Of a stretch of 32,000 nucleotides of DNA, positions 1 to 8,028 are shown piece by piece (position 1 is the first letter of the stretch; every line of letters starts with the position of its first letter). A program made the translations under genes and the position numbers. The notes below the pieces were generated by a model. The model made no database searches, was not told where the DNA came from, and saw only the letters and a program-made list of their open reading frames with translations. The stretch spans positions 520,444 through 552,443 of the forward strand of contig PQXB01000001.1 of NCBI GenBank assembly GCA_003194425.1, given 5' to 3'. This DNA comes from Candidatus Methanophagaceae archaeon. Its GTDB lineage: Archaea; Halobacteriota; Syntropharchaeia; Alkanophagales; Methanospirareceae.

Positions 1-396
1 AAAAACAACCGCGAACAAGCCTGCCACGCCCAACTTCTCGTCCTTCATCGCCCGCCGCTTCTCACTCCGCCCTCCTCCCGCCATCAGACCGTCGAAAAAG
101 TCTGCCAAACCGTCCAAGTGCAGCAGACCTGTAAGAGAGTAGAGAGCGAGCAGAACGAGCAGAGCCGCAAGCTCTGACCCTGCTTCCGACCCTGCCTCTG
201 ACCCCAAAACACCAAACCGCCAAACCGCTAAACCACCAAATCGCAAAACCGCTAAACCACCAAACGCCACCGCGCCAACAACCAACCCAATAAACGACGC
301 AGCGAGCGGGAAGAGGTAACTCTTGGCTGCTACCGTCTCTATTTTCGCTCCTCTTTTTACCGGCAGCCGCGTCAAGAAACTGACTACATCAAACAT
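1..396 (-). CDS. cobS: Adenosylcobinamide-GDP ribazoletransferase (cobalamin synthase CobS/CobV), N-terminal part; the gene runs off the left edge
   Basis: Own translation of the minus strand from ATG (cat at 394-396): MFDVVSFLTRLPVKRG...YSLTGLLHLDGLADFFDGLMAGG. FLTRLP and LHLDGLADxxDG are CobS hallmarks. The frame is open to position 1 (132 codons). It is missing from the ORF track because there is no stop in the window. Confidence 0.8.
   Translation of the reverse strand, partial: MFDVVSFLTRLPVKRGAKIETVAAKSYLFPLAASFIGLVVGAVAFGGLAVLRFGGLAVWRFGVLGSEAGSEAGSELAALLVLLALYSLTGLLHLDGLADFFDGLMAGGGRSEKRRAMKDEKLGVAGLFAVVF
174..264. repeat. In-frame tandem repeats inside cobS (12-nt units at 174-206; 24-nt unit aaccgctaaaccaccaaa... 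at 223-240 and 247-264)
   Basis: Direct reading. They encode (FGGLAVxR)x2 and (SEAG)x3 between the two conserved CobS motifs. Confidence 0.8.
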
Positions 397-429
397 CGCC
401 CAGTCAAAATAACCTCCGCTCCCCACTCT

Positions 430-612
430 TCAGAGAGCTGCGTCGCACCCAAGTAAGCGTCCACCGCTGCATTTTATCGGCGGGCCAGCGTGCCCGAAGT
501 TGAGGAAGATGCCCGAGGAGCACATCGGACCGAAAGTCCCCGTAGTTACAACACTGCCGTCCCCGATTCTTTCGTTTATCTCGCCGACTGTTTTGGTTTT
601 TCCCCTCTTCAT
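430..612 (-). CDS. Hypothetical 60-aa protein upstream of cobS
   Basis: The ORF starts directly at the AT-rich divergent promoter region, on the same strand as cobS and 33 nt upstream of it. I recognise no motif, and it could be spurious. Confidence 0.3.
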   Translation of the reverse strand: MKRGKTKTVGEINERIGDGSVVTTGTFGPMCSSGIFLNFGHAGPPIKCSGGRLLGCDAAL

Positions 613-694
613 TTCTCTCTCTCTTTATTTTGGAAAGGTTAATGAGAAATTAATAAATATTGTTGCGGGAATTTAAAACGGAGAAGAAAGTCTT
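613..694. promoter_or_regulatory. Divergent AT-rich intergenic region with TATA-like boxes
   Basis: ttaataaatatt at 650-661 lies 34-45 nt upstream of the ATG at 695. tttattttgg at 624-633 lies on the other side, facing the minus-strand ORF. Position and composition are the only evidence. Confidence 0.3.
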
Positions 695-1549
695 ATGGCT
701 AAACGCTGTTTTGTGATAATGCCGTTCTCGGCAACGACGCCGGAGCACACCGCGGCGTACTGGGACAAGTTCTTCTTGAGGTTCGTGAAGCCGTTGGTTG
801 AGGGGCTTGGCTACGGCTGCAGTCGGTCCAAGGCAGAGCCGTCAAACATTATAAAGGACATTCTCAAGGAACTCTGCGACGCGGATTTGGTCTTGGCGGT
901 TCTGACGGACTACAACGCGAATGTCTGGTACGAGTTGGGAATCAGGCACGCTTTGCGGAGAGGCACGATTATGATGATCGAGGAGGGGCAGGAACTGCCC
1001 TTCGACATTAGCCTCTACGGCGTTATCAAGTACGAGAACACGATTGTGGGTGCGGCTGACTTTAAGGAGGAGTTACGAAGTTTTGTTAGGAGAATTGAGG
1101 TTGAGAAACCTGCAGACAGTGCTGTAAGCGAGTTCTTGGGAGTTCCGAGTTACAAGGAACACGAATATCCTCCCTCAATACCAAAACCGCCTGACAAGAA
1201 GCCGAAACTAGATCTAAAATTCAAAAAAATAAAAGAAATAGTAAGTGGCGGTGAAAGGTGGTACATTGTTAAAATCTTTATTGAAGGAGAGAAAGAGGCT
1301 TTAGATAAAATTAAAGAGGTGGAATATAAACTTCATCCAACCTTTAAAAGACAATTTATCAAATCTAACGACCGAAAATCGTGTTTTTCAAGAACGATTA
1401 GAATTTGGGGGTCCTTTACAGTTAGAGCAAAAGTTCTTATTCAAGGAGATCAAAGAGATGAAACAATTGAGTTGGCTCGACTTATAAGTTTTAAAAATGA
1501 AAAAGGAAAGAGATCAAACGCCGCTTTGAGACACCGCCGCCCATCTTGA
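695..1549 (+). CDS. Two-domain protein: N-terminal TIR/nucleoside-2-deoxyribosyltransferase-like Rossmann domain plus C-terminal prokaryotic YEATS (pYEATS)-like domain
   Basis: N-terminal CFVIMPF...DADLVLAVLTDYNANVWYELGIRHAL...LPFDI matches the TIR-like/NDT-like pattern. C-terminal ERWYIVKIFIEG...IKEVEYKLHPTF...IRIWGSFTVRAKV matches my memory of the pYEATS consensus (W-x-W, V-x-Y-x-LHPTF, WGxF). Confidence 0.7.
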   Translation: MAKRCFVIMPFSATTPEHTAAYWDKFFLRFVKPLVEGLGYGCSRSKAEPSNIIKDILKELCDADLVLAVLTDYNANVWYELGIRHALRRGTIMMIEEGQELPFDISLYGVIKYENTIVGAADFKEELRSFVRRIEVEKPADSAVSEFLGVPSYKEHEYPPSIPKPPDKKPKLDLKFKKIKEIVSGGERWYIVKIFIEGEKEALDKIKEVEYKLHPTFKRQFIKSNDRKSCFSRTIRIWGSFTVRAKVLIQGDQRDETIELARLISFKNEKGKRSNAALRHRRPS

Positions 1550-1714
1550 TTTTCACCGATTCTTCGACAGTAAAGCGCGACGGTAGAAGAGTAAAGAGCG
1601 AAGGAGCCCTACTTGTCACAGCGAGCACGAGGGAGTTACTTTGGAAGATGACGGAGGTGTTGAATTTATGAAGGAAATGTTGCGGAGTTTTAGAGTTGAG
1701 TTGGAGTTGGACAA

Positions 1715-1987
1715 ATGAACAAACGTCGTGTGCTTGAAGAGTTAAAAAGGAGACCGAAGAATGCTCGGTTTGAGAAATTATGCGCGATTGCAGAGGCATT
1801 TGGTTTTAAATTTAGAGGAGGGAAGGGCAGTCATCGAATTTATGTGCGCGAAGGAGTGGAAGAGATATTGAATTTTCAAAATGTAGGAGGTAAGGCAAAA
1901 CATTATCAAGTAAGACAGTTTATAAAAATAATCGAGAAATATGGCTTGTTAGCGGGGGAGAAGGAAGAGGATGAGAAAAATGACTAA
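1715..1987 (+). CDS. hicA: HicA-family mRNA interferase toxin
   Basis: 90 aa with a GKGSHRIY motif, characteristic size, and a 17-nt overlap with the downstream HicB-like ORF. Confidence 0.85.
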   Translation: MNKRRVLEELKRRPKNARFEKLCAIAEAFGFKFRGGKGSHRIYVREGVEEILNFQNVGGKAKHYQVRQFIKIIEKYGLLAGEKEEDEKND

Positions 1988-2231
1988 ATATACGATAGAA
2001 ATATTTTACAGCGAAGAGGACGAGGGCTACATTGCGGTGGTTCCAGAGCTGCCGGGGTGCTCCGCGTTCGGGGAAACGGAAGAGGCAGCGTTGGAAGAGG
2101 TAAAAATCGCTACCGAACTCTGGTTAGAAACCGCAAAAAAAGAAGGTCGTGAGACGCCGCGACCTCGTGGAAAAGAACTCTTCAACACACTCACACCACG
2201 ACCTCAAAAGGCTGCTACACAACACGCGTAA
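1971..2231 (+). CDS. hicB: HicB-family antitoxin (N-terminal HicB fold only)
   Basis: YTIEIFYSEEDEGYIAVVPELPGCSAFGETEEAALEEVKIA is the typical HicB/UPF0150 signature. An alternative in-frame ATG lies at 1980. Confidence 0.8.
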   Translation: MRKMTKYTIEIFYSEEDEGYIAVVPELPGCSAFGETEEAALEEVKIATELWLETAKKEGRETPRPRGKELFNTLTPRPQKAATQHA

Positions 2232-3977
2232 ATGAAAATCGTTTTCAAGGATTCGGGAAAAGAAGCTGGAAAAGAAGCCGAACTCGTTAAGGGTCGGACA
2301 ATTCTCTCCTACCTGCAGGAGTTGGGAATTGAGATAAATGCGTCGTGCGGCGGCGAGGGGAAGTGCGGGCAGTGCCTGGTCGAGGTCGAGTGCGTCCCCG
2401 GAGCACTCTCGGAGAAGACCGAGGCGGAAGAGAAGTTTGTTCGCAAGGAGACGTCCAAACACACGCAGAGGCTTGCGTGTCAGTCGCGGATTTTAAGGAC
2501 AGACGAGCCTGTTTTTGTCCGAGTCCCGAGAAGAACCTACTTTGTTTTGGAGTCGGGCGAGTACAAGGAAATCCCGCTTGAGCCGTTCGTGCACTGCGAG
2601 GGCGAGCGAGTTTTTTGGAAGTGGGAGGACGTCGGCGAGTGCAGAGGAGCGATTTACGGCGTCGCTCTTGACATCGGGACGACGACGCTGGTGGTGTATT
2701 TGATCGACCTTGAGAGCGGGGAAGTGGTTTCAGTGAGCTCGCGGGAGAACCCGCAGACCAAATACGGAAACAATGTAATCTCGCGGATAGAATTCGCAAA
2801 GACGAAAACAGGACAGGAGCGGCTTGAACGAGAAATCCGAACCGCAGCGAGCAAAATGATTTCAGAACTTGTAAATGCAAACGCAGACCCGGGCAGAGTT
2901 TATGAAATTGTGGTCGTAGGCAACCCAGTAATGCGAGACCTCTTCTTCGGCTACTCGGTTGAGTCGCTCGGTAAAAGTCCCTACGAGCCACAGAGCGTGG
3001 AGGCGGTAACCAAAACCGCGGAAGAACTGGGACTTGGGCAGGGGGTTGAGCAGGGGGTTGAGCAGGGGGTTGTGGTAAATCCAAAAACCCGGGTTTACGG
3101 TCTGCCGCTGATTGGCAGTTTCGTGGGTGCGGACGCTCTGGCGGTCGTGCTGGCGACCGAGATTTACAAGAACCCGAGCGAGAAAATCTGCCTCGCGATC
3201 GACATCGGGACGAACACCGAGATTGTGCTTGGAAACCGAGACCGGCTGATTTCAACCTCTTCTGCTGCAGGTCCTGCGTTCGAGGGTGCTGGCGTGAGTT
3301 GTGGAATCGGGGGCGTGAATGGGGCGGTAAAAGATGTGAAAATAAAGAAAATAGAGAACCGCGAAGGCGAAGGAAAGTACGAAGTTCTGTTCAAAACAAT
3401 CGGCGACGCTCCTCCAGTTGGCGTTTGCGGTTCGGGCTTGATCGACGCTCTGGCGGAACTGCTGGAGGAGGGAATAATTGACGGCAGGGGGAAGTTCAAA
3501 GAAGTGGGTAGAGAGGGTAGAGAGGGTAGAGAGGGTAGAGAGGGTGGAGGCGGCGAGAAGGAGTTTAGAATCGCCGAGACGGAAAGGGGCAAACGAATTA
3601 GCCTTTCAGAGAAGGACATTGACCAGTTGAACCTTGCGAAAACCGCGGTTGCAGTCGGCGTAAAAGTGCTGCTTGAAAAATACGGCGGCGGACTCGGGGT
3701 TAAGGACTTGGACACCGTCTTTCTGGCAGGCGGCTTCGGAAACTTCGTGGACACCGAGAATGCGATAAAAATCGGGCTTCTCCCCGCGGTCGAGCCGGAG
3801 AAGGTGAAGAAGGTCGGGAACGCCGCGGTTGAAGGCGCGAGACAGGTCTTAATCTCAAAGACGAAACGCGAGGACGCAGAGGCGGTTGCAAAGCGAATTG
3901 AGCACGTGAAACTTGAGGAGGAGGAGAATTTTATGGAAATATTTGTCAGCGAACTTTATTTCCAGAAATACCTTTAG
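2232..3977 (+). CDS. Corrinoid reductive activase-like protein (RACo-like): N-terminal plant-type [2Fe-2S] ferredoxin plus ASKHA ATPase (DUF4445-type)
   Basis: CGGEGKCGQC...LACQS cysteine pattern, then ALDIGTTTLVVYL and AIDIGTNTEIV ASKHA phosphate motifs and VCGSGLIDA. The ATG directly follows the hicB stop. Confidence 0.8.
   Translation: MKIVFKDSGKEAGKEAELVKGRTILSYLQELGIEINASCGGEGKCGQCLVEVECVPGALSEKTEAEEKFVRKETSKHTQRLACQSRILRTDEPVFVRVPRRTYFVLESGEYKEIPLEPFVHCEGERVFWKWEDVGECRGAIYGVALDIGTTTLVVYLIDLESGEVVSVSSRENPQTKYGNNVISRIEFAKTKTGQERLEREIRTAASKMISELVNANADPGRVYEIVVVGNPVMRDLFFGYSVESLGKSPYEPQSVEAVTKTAEELGLGQGVEQGVEQGVVVNPKTRVYGLPLIGSFVGADALAVVLATEIYKNPSEKICLAIDIGTNTEIVLGNRDRLISTSSAAGPAFEGAGVSCGIGGVNGAVKDVKIKKIENREGEGKYEVLFKTIGDAPPVGVCGSGLIDALAELLEEGIIDGRGKFKEVGREGREGREGREGGGGEKEFRIAETERGKRISLSEKDIDQLNLAKTAVAVGVKVLLEKYGGGLGVKDLDTVFLAGGFGNFVDTENAIKIGLLPAVEPEKVKKVGNAAVEGARQVLISKTKREDAEAVAKRIEHVKLEEEENFMEIFVSELYFQKYL
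3039..3074. repeat. 12-nt in-frame tandem repeat (cagggggttgag x3) in the RACo-like gene
   Basis: Direct reading; encodes (QGVE)x3. Confidence 0.9.
3507..3542. repeat. 9-nt in-frame tandem repeat (ggtagagag x4) in the RACo-like gene
   Basis: Direct reading; encodes (GRE)x4. Confidence 0.9.
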
Positions 3978-3985
3978 TCTTCTAA

Positions 3986-5260
3986 ATGCACGAAACCGAG
4001 CGGGGAGTGATAAAAATATTAAAGAAGCACAAAATTAATGTCGTTTCTACGCTACCCTGCGAAAAAATGAGTGCTTTGTTTCGGCTCGTTGAGAGAGAGT
4101 CGAGGGAGGTGGGAGAGGTAAGAGAAACGGGAGAAACGGGAGAAGCGGGAGAGCAGCGAGGATTTTGCAGTGTAGGTCTAAACCGAGAAGAGAACGGCGT
4201 TGGCATCTCGGCAGGCGTCTACCTCGCAGGCGGTAAGCCGCTGATGCTTATTCAAAGCACGGGTTTAGGGAACTCATTCAACGCACTCCTCTCGCTCACT
4301 GTAACTTACGGACTGCCGCTCCCGATAATCGCGAGCTGGCGTGGCGTTTACAAGGAGAAAATAGAGGCGCAGGTCGCTTTTGGGAGGGCGTTGCCCGGGG
4401 TTCTAGACGCGTTTGGCCTGAAATACACGGTAATTGAAGACCCCTCCGCGGTGGTAGGGTCGGTAGAAGAAGTCGTTCTGGACGCCTTCGCCAACGAGCG
4501 ACCGCATGTTGCACTCGTCTCGCCGAGAGCGTGGGAGAACGGGACGGGAACTGCAGCAGCAGAAGAGACAGCAGAAGAGACAGCAGAAGAGACAGCAGAA
4601 GAGACAGTTCCTCCGCAAGTTCGTGAAAGCGCGTTTAAGTTGCAGAAGGGGAAGGAGCGAGAATTTAAGGCGCCGGAAATGAGGCGGTTCGACGCGATAA
4701 AAATAATTTCAGAATATCTGGGCGAAGACGAAGAGGCGGAGGCGGTTGTCTCGAACATCGGAGTGCCGAGCAAGGAGCTCTACGCGGTTAAAGACCGTGC
4801 TCTCAATTTTTATATGCTCGGCAGTCTCGGTCAAGCCACGCCTGTAGGACTCGGCGTCGCACTGAAGACGAGACGAGAGGTGGCGGTGCTCGACGGGGAC
4901 GGGAGCCTGCAGATGAGCAATATTCTGCCGGTGGTTGCGGAGAAGAAGCCGAAAAACTTCTCTATTTTCTGCCTTGACAACGGTACCTGGGGAAGCACTG
5001 GCGACCAGCCCACTCCTTCCTCTTCTGCGGCTGGAGATTTGGAACTGACCGCGGTTAGTGCAGGCGTGGAGAACACGGCGAAGGTGCGCAGAGAGGCAGA
5101 GCTGCGGTCTGCTTTGGAACGGCTTTACGAGGAGGCAGGACCGAGATTTCTGCACATTCTCGTGCGACCCGGTAGTGCAGAGGAGGGGAATATAAAATTG
5201 AGTGCCGAGCAGATAAAGCGAAGGTTTATGGCTGCTTGTTCAAGACTTCCAAGAGAATAA
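3986..5260 (+). CDS. comDE: Sulfopyruvate decarboxylase, fused alpha/beta (ComDE; TPP enzyme, coenzyme M biosynthesis). Phosphonopyruvate decarboxylase is not excluded.
   Basis: N-terminal half MLIQSTGLGNSFNALLSLTVTYGLPLPIIASWRG (ComD-like). C-terminal half MLGSLGQATPVGLGVAL...VLDGDGSLQMS...LDNGTWGSTGDQPT (TPP-binding GDG...N motif, ComE-like). Confidence 0.75.
   Translation: MHETERGVIKILKKHKINVVSTLPCEKMSALFRLVERESREVGEVRETGETGEAGEQRGFCSVGLNREENGVGISAGVYLAGGKPLMLIQSTGLGNSFNALLSLTVTYGLPLPIIASWRGVYKEKIEAQVAFGRALPGVLDAFGLKYTVIEDPSAVVGSVEEVVLDAFANERPHVALVSPRAWENGTGTAAAEETAEETAEETAEETVPPQVRESAFKLQKGKEREFKAPEMRRFDAIKIISEYLGEDEEAEAVVSNIGVPSKELYAVKDRALNFYMLGSLGQATPVGLGVALKTRREVAVLDGDGSLQMSNILPVVAEKKPKNFSIFCLDNGTWGSTGDQPTPSSSAAGDLELTAVSAGVENTAKVRREAELRSALERLYEEAGPRFLHILVRPGSAEEGNIKLSAEQIKRRFMAACSRLPRE
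4559..4606. repeat. 12-nt in-frame tandem repeat (gcagaagagaca x4) at the ComD/ComE junction
   Basis: Direct reading; encodes (AEET)x4. A second degenerate GE(V/T)(R/G)E repeat lies at about 4105-4152. Confidence 0.9.
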
Positions 5261-5262
5261 GA

Positions 5263-6087
5263 ATGCAAAGAGGAAAAATAATCGCGGTAGCAGGAAAAGG
5301 CGGGACAGGGAAGACCGCTCTCTCCGCACTGCTGATTCGGGAAATACTCAAGTGCAGAGCAGAGAGAGGAGAGGAAGAAGGAGGCGAAGAGGTGTGCATT
5401 TTGGCGGTGGACGCGGACCCGGACGCGAACCTACCCGACGCTCTTGGTCTCGGTTTTGGTCTCGAGACCGGGACCTCGAGCGACTCGGATTTCAGAATCA
5501 GGACAGTGGGAGAGATGCGGGAGAGCCTGTTAGAGGAGAAGCAGCGAGATGCTACTTTGGATGTGCGGTCGGAGTTTGAGGGCAAGATTGCGGAGATAAT
5601 TGTTGAGGAGGAGCGGTTTGACCTGCTGGTGATGGGGCGACCCGAGGGGCCGGGTTGCTACTGCCCCGTGAACCACATTTTAAGGATGATTTTGGACACG
5701 CTGACGCAGAACTACGACTACACGGTGGTTGACTGCGAGGCGGGGCTGGAGCACCTCAGCAGGCGGACGACGAGGGGCGTGGACGCGATGCTCGTGGTGC
5801 TGGACACGACGCAGAAGAGCGTTAAGACCGCGCTGCGACTGCGACGAATTGCGGAGGAAATCGGCATTGAGGTCGGGCGGCTGCTGAATGTGGCGAACAA
5901 AATCCCTGCGGGGGTGGAGGAAAAAATGAAGGAGGAAGTGAAGCGGCAGGGGCTTGAGATTGCGGAGGTAATTCCGTTTGACCCGCTAATTCAGGAGTAC
6001 GACTTTAAGGGGCTGCCGGTTTGGGACTTGCCAGACGACGCACCCGCGGTTGCAGGCGTGAGAAGAATCGCGGAGCGGGTTGTTTAG
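5263..6087 (+). CDS. cooC: CODH nickel-insertion accessory ATPase CooC
   Basis: P-loop AVAGKGGTGKT, DADPDANL, and the Ni-binding GPGCYCP (CxC) motif. The track start at 5236 is TTG, so I prefer the ATG at 5263, 3 nt after the comDE stop. Confidence 0.85.
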   Translation: MQRGKIIAVAGKGGTGKTALSALLIREILKCRAERGEEEGGEEVCILAVDADPDANLPDALGLGFGLETGTSSDSDFRIRTVGEMRESLLEEKQRDATLDVRSEFEGKIAEIIVEEERFDLLVMGRPEGPGCYCPVNHILRMILDTLTQNYDYTVVDCEAGLEHLSRRTTRGVDAMLVVLDTTQKSVKTALRLRRIAEEIGIEVGRLLNVANKIPAGVEEKMKEEVKRQGLEIAEVIPFDPLIQEYDFKGLPVWDLPDDAPAVAGVRRIAERVV

Positions 6088-6243
6088 CTTTATGAGAGAG
6101 AATAAGCAATTATGCAGCATCAAATTCGTTTTGAAGTAAAATCCTTTTTAGGAAAGAAAATCAGAACAACAGAGGGATATTGGGAACTAATCTCAGAAGT
6201 AAATTGTCTATCTTTAAATGCTTACCTCTTTTTTATCTCTAAA

Positions 6244-6270
6244 CACAGTTACCGCACAGTTACCGCACAG
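6244..6270. repeat. 11-nt tandem repeat (cacagttaccg x2.5) immediately 3' of the cbiB stop
   Basis: Direct reading. It is non-coding and its period is not a multiple of 3. Confidence 0.85.
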
Positions 6271-7302
6271 CTACACCGCAGATGCGAACAAAATCAAAGT
6301 ATAAAAAAACGCAACGCAGACCAAAGCGAAGGCAACCGCAGACCGCTGCATAATTTTTATCGCCTCTTCAATGTGCTCGGTTCTCGCATCCTCAAACTCA
6401 AAACCCTCTCCACTCCCCCCTACGCAGTAATGCCCGACCTTCTCCAGCCTAACCCTCAAGGCTCGGCTCATCGCAACGATCGTCAAATGCACCTCTCCTG
6501 TTTCGCCTCTCAACCCTGCCCCTGCCCTTGAACCACCCGCCAGCAAAATCAAGCCCGCTGCAACCCGCTCAGGGACAAAGTTCATTATGTCGTCCAACCT
6601 CGCCGAGAACCAGCCGAAATGCTTGTACCTCTCGTTCCTGTAGCCGACCACCGCGTCCAAAGTGTTCACCACCCTGTAAAACATCGCGCCAAAAACGCCG
6701 AACCCGAGTAAACCGAAGAACGTGAAGTAGAAGAAAGGGGCTACGACGCTGTCGGTCGTGTTCTCAGCCACCGATTCAATGGCTGCCGAGTTGAGCTGTG
6801 CCTCGTTCAAGCCCGCTACTTCTCGGCTGACTATTTTCGCCACTGCTGCTCGCTTCACCTCCAAATTCGCCCCTTCTCCTCTCCCTAACTCCTGCCCTGC
6901 CACCTGCCCTGCCACCTGCCCTGCCACCTGCCCTGCCACCTGCCCTGTCTCCTTCCCTGCCTCTGCCACGGCTCTGCCGAACCGCTCCAGCCCTTTTATC
7001 GTGAAGGTCATTTTGAAGACGAGCGAGCCCAAAACGATGTAGAAAAGGTCAGGCAGAAGAGAAAGCGTCAGACAGGGCAGTGCGAAGACCGAAATCGTAG
7101 CCACCGCAGAGACCGCCCCAAGAACCTTCTCCCGCCTCGGATTTCCTCTCTGCGTTATTCTGTCAAAGAAATACGCCAACCTGCTTATCCAGACAATCGG
7201 GTAAAACCGCTCGAACCTCGTCCTCTCCGGCGGGTCGCCTACGAGAAGGTCAAGTAGCACGGCAATTGAGAAGACCGCGATTTGGTCAGGGAGCAGATTC
7301 AT
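6271..7302 (-). CDS. cbiB: Adenosylcobinamide-phosphate synthase CbiB/CobD (membrane protein)
   Basis: LLDLLVGDPP...YPIVWISRL at the N-terminus, then ENTTDSVVAPFFYF...YRVVNTLDAVVGYRNERYKHFGWFSARLDDIMNFVPER, the conserved CbiB core. Confidence 0.85.
   Translation of the reverse strand: MNLLPDQIAVFSIAVLLDLLVGDPPERTRFERFYPIVWISRLAYFFDRITQRGNPRREKVLGAVSAVATISVFALPCLTLSLLPDLFYIVLGSLVFKMTFTIKGLERFGRAVAEAGKETGQVAGQVAGQVAGQVAGQELGRGEGANLEVKRAAVAKIVSREVAGLNEAQLNSAAIESVAENTTDSVVAPFFYFTFFGLLGFGVFGAMFYRVVNTLDAVVGYRNERYKHFGWFSARLDDIMNFVPERVAAGLILLAGGSRAGAGLRGETGEVHLTIVAMSRALRVRLEKVGHYCVGGSGEGFEFEDARTEHIEEAIKIMQRSAVAFALVCVAFFYTLILFASAV
6891..6947. repeat. 12-nt in-frame tandem repeat (cctgccctgcca x4.7) in cbiB
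   Basis: Direct reading; encodes (QVAG)x4 on the minus strand. Confidence 0.9.
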
Positions 7303-7694
7303 CTTTTTCCGGGCGTCGGCGGAAATCTCTCTTTTAACGCCAAAAATAATTCTCTCAATTCTCCTCCTGCAACCCCTTCCTCCTCCTCAAGCCTCTCAAC
7401 GCTCTCCACCCCCCGCTCCTTGAACATTTCCAACAGCCCTTCCGCAACCTCTGGTTCGTGAATCCAGTAGCAGTTAGAGCAGTCCCAGACTCGTCCGCCG
7501 TCCTTTGCTTTCCTCCGCGTCCACTTGCCGCCGGTCTGCTCGTCTTCGCAGGGATAAAACGGACAGAAACACCAAGTGCAGTCCTGACCCGCGAAGTGGC
7601 AGGGGTAGTACTCGCACTCCTCGTCGGCTCCCACGAGCCTCTTCTCTTTCCCCTCCAAGACCTTCTTCAGATGTTTGCGAGCAAGCGGGTGCAT
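7299..7694 (-). CDS. Cysteine-rich small-domain protein (probable metal-binding), translationally coupled to cbiB
   Basis: CEYYPCHFAGQDCTWCFCPFYPC...CSNCYWIH cysteine pattern, as in the archaeal 'cysteine-rich small domain' family. Its stop overlaps the cbiB start (ATGA at 7299-7302). Confidence 0.65.
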   Translation of the reverse strand: MHPLARKHLKKVLEGKEKRLVGADEECEYYPCHFAGQDCTWCFCPFYPCEDEQTGGKWTRRKAKDGGRVWDCSNCYWIHEPEVAEGLLEMFKERGVESVERLEEEEGVAGGELRELFLALKERFPPTPGKR

Positions 7695-7716
7695 TTTTCA
7701 TCAGACGAGAATTAAC

Positions 7717-8028
7717 TTACTCAACCTTAACTTTCTCCTTCTTTCCCTTTCCCGCTCCCTCTTCTTCCCCCTTCGCCTTAAGTTCCTCTTTGTACTTCTC
7801 CAGCAGTTCCACCTCCTTCTTCAGCGCAGTTATTCTCACTCCAATGAGGTCCGAAGCGAGCCTCGAAGGCGAAGGTTTGGGGAGGTATTCCTCAAGCGAC
7901 CCCGCCAAGCCCCCCACCAAATCAACCGCAACCTTCAGAGGCACAAACGCCGTCCCTGCAAGAACCTTCACCGCCTTCACCAACTCCTCCTCCCTGCCTT
8001 TCTCCCTCTCTCCTTTATTTTCTTCCAT
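7717..8028 (-). CDS. Small hypothetical protein: central hydrophobic or amphipathic segment plus a K/E-rich coiled-coil tail
   Basis: The ORF lies between arsA and the Cys-rich gene on the same strand. VLAGTAFVPLKVAVDLVGGLAGSL is followed by KKEVELLEKYKEELKAKGEEE. Start chosen at ATG 8028; the track start at 8067 would overlap arsA by 53 nt. Confidence 0.45.
   Translation of the reverse strand: MEENKGEREKGREEELVKAVKVLAGTAFVPLKVAVDLVGGLAGSLEEYLPKPSPSRLASDLIGVRITALKKEVELLEKYKEELKAKGEEEGAGKGKKEKVKVE

Noticed and set aside
1491-1799. A 102-aa minus-strand ORF between the pYEATS-like gene and hicA
   Set aside because: It overlaps the ends of two supported plus-strand genes and has no motif. The short plus-strand micro-ORF MKEMLRSFRVELELDK (1668-1718), which overlaps the hicA ATG, was noticed. 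It is too short to support a call.
2287-3255. A 322-aa minus-strand ORF, plus the ORFs at 3164-3754, 2124-2462 and 3700-3891, all antisense to the RACo-like gene
   Set aside because: They lie entirely within a well-supported plus-strand gene. Their composition is dominated by P/R/S/A, which is typical of shadow frames in GC-rich DNA. No recognisable motif is present.
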